Shown here: in pieces, positions 59,271-64,000 of the stretch
Layout: every line of letters starts with the position of its first letter
Position numbering within the stretch: position 1 is the first letter of the stretch
NCBI GenBank assembly: GCA_963717505.1
Contig: OY970342.1
Location: 1,920,001-1,984,000 of the forward strand
DNA from: Candidatus Eiseniibacteriota bacterium
GTDB lineage: Bacteria > Eisenbacteria > RBG-16-71-46
Direction of reading: 5' to 3'
Length of the DNA: 64,000 bases
Made by a program: the position numbers and the translations under genes
The notes under the pieces: model-generated
The model's database searches: none
The model's input: the letters and a program-made list of their open reading frames with translations, nothing else
Told to the model about the DNA's origin: nothing

Positions 59271-60302
59271 TCAGCGCACCCACGTCAGTTCCTCGGTCAG
59301 TCGGCGCTCGCGCATCAGGTGCAGCAGCTGCTTCAAGCGCGTGAACTCGCGGCCGTCGAAACGATCGTAATCGAGCTGGAACTCGCGAAACGCCTCGTAC
59401 AGCTCGTGGATGCCCTTCTCGACCGACCACTGCGGCTGGAACTCGGGCAACTGGCGCCGGACCTTGGCGAAGCTGACGTTGTAGTTGCGCGAGTCGGCCG
59501 AGACGCCTTCGGCGAAGGTCACGACGCTGTCGGGCACCACCTTGGCCACGGCCTCGGCGATGTCGCGGATCTGCCAGTTGTCCTCTTCACGGCCGATGTT
59601 GAACGCCTGGTTGTGGATGCGTTCGCGCTCCGCGGTCAGCGCGGCGATCACCGCGCGGCTCATGTCCTGGATGTGGACCAGCGGGCGCCAGGCGCGGCCG
59701 TCGCTCAATAACGTGACCTTGCCGGTGGTCACCGCCCAGGCGACCAGGTTGTTGACCACCAGGTCGACGCGCAGGCGCGGCGAGAAGCCGTACGCCGTGC
59801 CGTTGCGCAGGTAGACGGGAGAGAAGTCGTCGTCGGCGAGTGCGGCGAGTGCGGCTTCAGTGCCGACTTTGGAGCGCGCGTAAGCGGTGAGCGGGTTGAA
59901 CGCCGAGTCCTCGTCGAGTGCCCCACTCGCCCCCGATCCGTAGATGCTGCACGACGAGGCGAACACGAACCGGCGCACGCCGGCGGCCTTGGCCATCTCG
60001 GCCAGGCGCACCGAGGCGGTGAGGTTGATGTTCTCGGTCAGCCGCGGATTCAGCTCGCCCATCGGATCGTTGGACAAGGCACCCAGGTGGACGATCGCAT
60101 CCGCGCCGTCCAGGTCGCTCGGCTCGATGTCGCGCAGGTCGCGCTGGATCTGATGAGCGACTCCGGTGCGATCGATCGGCCCGAGCAGGCAGTCCCGATA
60201 GAAGCCGGTGTCGATGCCCCAGACTTCGAAGTCGTGCTCGCTGAGCATCGGGGTCATCACCGTGCCCACGTATCCGAGGTTGCCGGTCACCACCACGCGC
60301 AT
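59271..60302 (-). CDS. NAD-dependent sugar-nucleotide oxidoreductase/epimerase (SDR)
   Basis: TGNLGYVG, HLGALSNDP, SSCSIYG, YARSK, RPLVHIQD. Confidence 0.88.
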   Translation of the reverse strand: MRVVVTGNLGYVGTVMTPMLSEHDFEVWGIDTGFYRDCLLGPIDRTGVAHQIQRDLRDIEPSDLDGADAIVHLGALSNDPMGELNPRLTENINLTASVRLAEMAKAAGVRRFVFASSCSIYGSGASGALDEDSAFNPLTAYARSKVGTEAALAALADDDFSPVYLRNGTAYGFSPRLRVDLVVNNLVAWAVTTGKVTLLSDGRAWRPLVHIQDMSRAVIAALTAERERIHNQAFNIGREEDNWQIRDIAEAVAKVVPDSVVTFAEGVSADSRNYNVSFAKVRRQLPEFQPQWSVEKGIHELYEAFREFQLDYDRFDGREFTRLKQLLHLMRERRLTEELTWVR

Positions 60303-60323
60303 GGGGTCGAGTCGCTCCTGGGT

Positions 60324-61598
60324 TCAGGCGCCCGCGGCCACGGCTGCTGAACGGACTTCGGCGCCGCCGGTGGCGCCGTTCGACGGCGTGCCACGATGCA
60401 GTCTTTGGTCGATGAGATCGCCGACGTGCTCGGCGAAGGGGAATGAGCACGTCCAGCCGGGCGACACCGCGTTCAACACGTGATACGAAGCGTCGTCGCC
60501 CTCGGTGTGGAAGTCCATCACCAGCGTGCGCTGTTCGACGTCGAGCAGCTGGGCGCGGATCCCCGGGCGGCCCCACCGGGTCCACTGATCCGGACGCATG
60601 CCCTCGAGCAGCTCGGCGGCCTGCGCGATCAGGTAGCGGCGATCGTACTTGCGGATCTCCTCGCGGGCAAGACCGCGGAAGTCGAAGCCGGCTCGCAGCA
60701 ACAGGCCGAGCGAGGCGCCCGCGACCTGCGCGGCTTCACCCGCGTCGAAATTCGAGAACAGTTCGTACTGCTCGCGCCACAGACACGGGATCGCGGTCGG
60801 GCCGATCTTCGCATGCCCATCCGCGGTGACCGTGAAGTGCACGCCGAGGAACGGATTCCTGAGATCGGGCACCGGGTAGACATTGGTGCGCAACGACCCG
60901 GTCGGCTCGTCGGAGTAGAGGTACAAACCCTTGAACGGCAGGATCTGGTAGCGGCGCGCGAAGCCGAAGTCGCGAGCGATGCGATCGGCGTAGAGCCCGG
61001 CGGCATTGACCAGGTAGCCCGTGCTGATCGGACCGGCGCTGCTCACCACGTCGCGCCCGCGGCGGCCGAGGTAGGCGACCCCGGTGCGCACGTCGATCCC
61101 GGCGCGGGCGGCGTCGTCGCGCAGCGCCGCCATCACCGGACGCGGATCGATGGTCGAGGTGGTCGGCGACCACAGGGCGCGCTCGAAAGTGCGCACGCGC
61201 GGCTCGATCGACCGGGCGGCGCGCTCGTCGATCAGCTCGAGCGGAACGCCGTTGGCATCCCCGCGCCGCTTGAGCTCGTCCAGGCTCGCCAACTCGCCGG
61301 CGTTGCGCGCGACCACCAGTTTGCCGCAACGATTGATCGCGATCCCATTCGCATCGCAGTATTCGTGCATGCGTAGGTTGCCGGCCCGGCAGAAGCGCGC
61401 TTTGAGGCTGTCCGCGGTGTAGTAGAAGCCCGCGTGCAGCACGCCGCTGTTGCGCCCACTGGCGTGCAGGCCGACCTCGGCTTCTTTTTCGAGCAGCTGG
61501 ATTTTCTCGCCCCGGTGGCGGCGGGCGAGGTCGAGCGCCAGGGTCAAACCCATGACGCCGCCGCCGACCACCAGGAAGTCGCAGGTCGCGCGGCTCAT
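60324..61598 (-). CDS. lhgO: L-2-hydroxyglutarate oxidase family FAD-dependent oxidoreductase
   Basis: GGGVMG, HASGRNSGVLHAGFYY, AGLYAD, YPVPD..PFLGVH, GIRAQ, NAVSP; ATG overlaps the rfbF stop. Confidence 0.88.
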   Translation of the reverse strand: MSRATCDFLVVGGGVMGLTLALDLARRHRGEKIQLLEKEAEVGLHASGRNSGVLHAGFYYTADSLKARFCRAGNLRMHEYCDANGIAINRCGKLVVARNAGELASLDELKRRGDANGVPLELIDERAARSIEPRVRTFERALWSPTTSTIDPRPVMAALRDDAARAGIDVRTGVAYLGRRGRDVVSSAGPISTGYLVNAAGLYADRIARDFGFARRYQILPFKGLYLYSDEPTGSLRTNVYPVPDLRNPFLGVHFTVTADGHAKIGPTAIPCLWREQYELFSNFDAGEAAQVAGASLGLLLRAGFDFRGLAREEIRKYDRRYLIAQAAELLEGMRPDQWTRWGRPGIRAQLLDVEQRTLVMDFHTEGDDASYHVLNAVSPGWTCSFPFAEHVGDLIDQRLHRGTPSNGATGGAEVRSAAVAAGA

Positions 61599-62365
61599 TC
61601 CCACACCTTCCACGGCGCCTTGCCGCTGGCCCACAGCTCTTCCAGCTCGTGCTTCTCGCGCAGGGTGTCCATCGGCTGCCAGAAGCCGTCGTGCTGGAAC
61701 GCCATCAACTGGCTGTCGCGGGTCAGCCGCTCCATCGGGGCGCGCTCGAACGGCTCGTGATCGCCCTGGATGTAGTCGAACACCTTGGGCTCGAGCACGA
61801 AGAACCCGCCGTTGACCCAGCCCTCGGCGCCGGCCGGCTTCTCCTGGAACGACTCGACCCGGCCGTCGCGAATCGACATCAGGCCGAAGCGAGTCGGCGG
61901 ATGCACGGCGGTCACCGTCGCCACCTTGCCGTGCTTCTTGTGGAACGCCAGCAGATCTTTGAGCGGCACGTTGCCGAGCCCGTCGCCATAGGTCGCCATG
62001 AAAGTCTCGTTGCCGATCCACTCGCGCAGTCGGCCGATCCGCCCGCCGGTCATGGTCTCGGCACCGGTGTCCACCAGGTGGACCTTCCACGACGGCTGGC
62101 GCCCGTGGTGGACCGTGGTCGCACCCGAAGCCAGGTCAATGGTGAGGTCATTGTGGGCGGCGTAGGAGTCGAGGAAATACCGCTTGATCAGCTCGCCCTT
62201 GTAGCCGAGAGCGATCACGAACTCGCGAAAGCCGTGGTGGGCGTAGTGGCTCATGATGTGCCACAGGATCGGACGGCCGCCGATCTCGACCATGGGCTTG
62301 GGCCGCACGGCAGTCTCCTCGGCGAGGCGCGTGCCGAGACCGCCGGCGAGAATCGCGACTTTCAA
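61595..62365 (-). CDS. rfbF: Glucose-1-phosphate cytidylyltransferase
   Basis: ILAGGLGTRL, PKPMVEIG, TMTGGR, TYGDG, NGGFF, GFWQPMDTLRE, APWK; TTG start. Confidence 0.94.
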   Translation of the reverse strand: MKVAILAGGLGTRLAEETAVRPKPMVEIGGRPILWHIMSHYAHHGFREFVIALGYKGELIKRYFLDSYAAHNDLTIDLASGATTVHHGRQPSWKVHLVDTGAETMTGGRIGRLREWIGNETFMATYGDGLGNVPLKDLLAFHKKHGKVATVTAVHPPTRFGLMSIRDGRVESFQEKPAGAEGWVNGGFFVLEPKVFDYIQGDHEPFERAPMERLTRDSQLMAFQHDGFWQPMDTLREKHELEELWASGKAPWKVWE

Positions 62366-62632
62366 CGGTTCACCTGGAGGGTTGGGGTGGTGTCGGGACC
62401 GGCGGGCAGCCGGGAAGTCTGCCGCGGGCCATCGCCTCGGGTCCCGCGAACGGGAAAGCGTACACGGTCCCGCAAGCCCAGCGCGAACAAGGCCCTACGG
62501 TTTTCGGCATGCCCGGCGGAAGCCTTGACCCCGGGACCGCCTTCCCGAAAGATAGCGTGCTCGAATGGTACCGCGTCCTGCCGACTCGCGCAGCGTTTCC
62601 CTGCCCCGGGTTTTCGAGCCCTCGAGCCCCCC

Positions 62633-63763
62633 ATGAGAGTCGTCCAGCTCTACAAGGACTACTACCCGCCCACCGTCGGCGGCATCGAGCAGACCGTGCA
62701 GCGGATCGCGGTCGAACTGGTCCGCCGAGGCGACCAGGTGACCGTGCTGACGTCCCACCCTGGGTCGCGGACCACCGTCGACGAAACCGTCCAGGGCATC
62801 CGCGTCATTCGCTGCGGCGAGTGGACGCGCGCTTGGTCGACCCCGTTCTGCCCCGACATGCCGCGGGTGCTGTCGCGGCTCGACGCCGACCTCTTCCACC
62901 TTCACTATCCGAGCCCACCGGGGGAGATCAGCTGGCTTTCGGTGCGGCCGCGCGGCGCGATGGTCGTCACCTGGCACGGCGACATCATCCGCCAGAAGGC
63001 CGTATTGCCTCTCTACGGCCATGTCGTGCGCCAGATCCTGAGGAGCGCTGATGCCGTGATGCAGACCTACGAGCGCCAGGCCGATGTCTCGCCGTTTCTC
63101 GGCGCGTTCCGGTCCAAGTGCACGGTGGTCCCGCTCGGAATCGAGTTGGACCCGTTCGAGCGCCGGCCCGAGCACGAAGCACGTGCGGCCGAGCTGCGGA
63201 GCCGCTACGGCACGCCGCTGGTGTTGTTCGTCGGTCGCCTGGTCGGATACAAAGGCGTCGACGTCCTGTTGCGCGCGATGCAACAGGTCGACGGCCGGCT
63301 GTTGATCGTCGGGGGCGGACCGGAGAAGCCGCGACTCGAAGCGATGGTCCAATCCCTCGGCCTCGCCGACCGCGTCACGCTGATCGGCCGTGTCGAGCCG
63401 AGCCAGGTGGTGCACTACCTGGCGGCCGCCGACGTCGGCGTGCTGCCCTCGATCGGCTCCCAGGAGACATTCGGCCTGTCGATGGTCGAGATGATGGCGC
63501 ACGGACTGCCGGTGGTGTGCACCGAACTCAACACCGGAACATCGTTCGTCAACCAGAACGGCGAATCGGGTCTGGTGGTCAAGTCGGGCGATCCGCAGGC
63601 GCTGGCCGATGCGCTCAACCAGATGCTACGCGACGATGGGCTGCGGCGGCGTCTGGGGCACGGCGCGTACGAACGCGCGCACCGGATGTTCACCACCGAC
63701 GCCATGATGCGCCGGCTGCTCGAAGTCTACGAGTCGGTGCTCGCGCGCCGTCGGGCGGCCTAG
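62633..63763 (+). CDS. Glycosyltransferase family 4
   Basis: KDYYPP.GGIE, HYP.P, FVGRLVGYKG, ETFGL..VE.MA.G.PV. Confidence 0.92.
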   Translation: MRVVQLYKDYYPPTVGGIEQTVQRIAVELVRRGDQVTVLTSHPGSRTTVDETVQGIRVIRCGEWTRAWSTPFCPDMPRVLSRLDADLFHLHYPSPPGEISWLSVRPRGAMVVTWHGDIIRQKAVLPLYGHVVRQILRSADAVMQTYERQADVSPFLGAFRSKCTVVPLGIELDPFERRPEHEARAAELRSRYGTPLVLFVGRLVGYKGVDVLLRAMQQVDGRLLIVGGGPEKPRLEAMVQSLGLADRVTLIGRVEPSQVVHYLAAADVGVLPSIGSQETFGLSMVEMMAHGLPVVCTELNTGTSFVNQNGESGLVVKSGDPQALADALNQMLRDDGLRRRLGHGAYERAHRMFTTDAMMRRLLEVYESVLARRRAA

Positions 63764-63778
63764 GCCGAGGCCGGGGTT

Positions 63779-64000
63779 ATGCTCGCCCGACATCGCGATC
63801 TGTTCGCCACCGGGCTGTTCGTGCTCGACGCCGTAGTGTTCTACGGCGCGTGGATGGCGGCCTATGCGCTGCGCTTTCACCTGCTCGGGCTGGCCGCACC
63901 CCGCGGAATACCCCCGATCGAGCTCTACCTGTGGTTCGGGGCGGTGCTCACGCCGGTGGCGCTCATCGTGCTCCGCACGTTCCGGCTCTATCGCTCGGCG
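63779..64000 (+). CDS. Probable undecaprenyl-phosphate sugar phosphotransferase (WcaJ-like) N-terminus, truncated by the window edge
   Basis: Manual translation MLARHRDLFATGLFVLDAVVFYGAWMAAYALRF...LRTFRLYRSA shows the D...AY.LRF...LY membrane pattern of priming transferases; the catalytic domain is not visible. Confidence 0.6.
   Translation, partial: MLARHRDLFATGLFVLDAVVFYGAWMAAYALRFHLLGLAAPRGIPPIELYLWFGAVLTPVALIVLRTFRLYRSA

Noticed and set aside
44172-64000. ops/JUMPstart antitermination element in the polysaccharide locus
   Set aside because: No GGCGGTAG-type element was found in the leaders examined.

Overview
GC-rich bacterial chromosomal window of mostly core and envelope genes. The FlgD-Ig/T9SS-like C-terminal domain, the dockerin-like secreted protein and the TPR/CHAT proteins suggest an FCB-related diderm such as Ca. 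Eisenbacteria (inference only). In order it contains: a leucine/methylcrotonyl-CoA catabolic cluster interrupted by MscS and dienelactone-hydrolase genes; a phoH-pgpH(7TM-HD)-ybeY-DUF502-recO-[NHL protein]-glyQS block; a secreted dockerin-like protein; a Ser/Thr kinase-TPR / DUF928-like / TPR-CHAT trio interleaved with an intact IS1202-type element and pyrR; a pyrB-pyrC-carA-carB-pyrK-pyrD-pyrF operon carrying two non-pyrimidine passenger genes; TMEM175, an ECF sigma/anti-sigma pair and an OPT transporter; and a large polysaccharide locus containing an opposite-strand CDP-sugar block. The most notable items are: (1) a low-GC ORF with an RxxxxH (HEPN-like) motif inserted exactly at the carA/carB junction between ATGCC direct repeats; (2) an unannotated structured leader RNA with promoter, three mutually exclusive hairpins and a terminator upstream of phoH-pgpH-ybeY; (3) a PyrR-binding hairpin that sequesters the pyrB ribosome-binding site, with a terminator inside the pyrB coding sequence; (4) an apparently exported kinase/DUF928/catalytically dead CHAT module. 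No rRNA, tRNA or CRISPR array was seen. All calls come from reading the sequence by eye; no database search was run.
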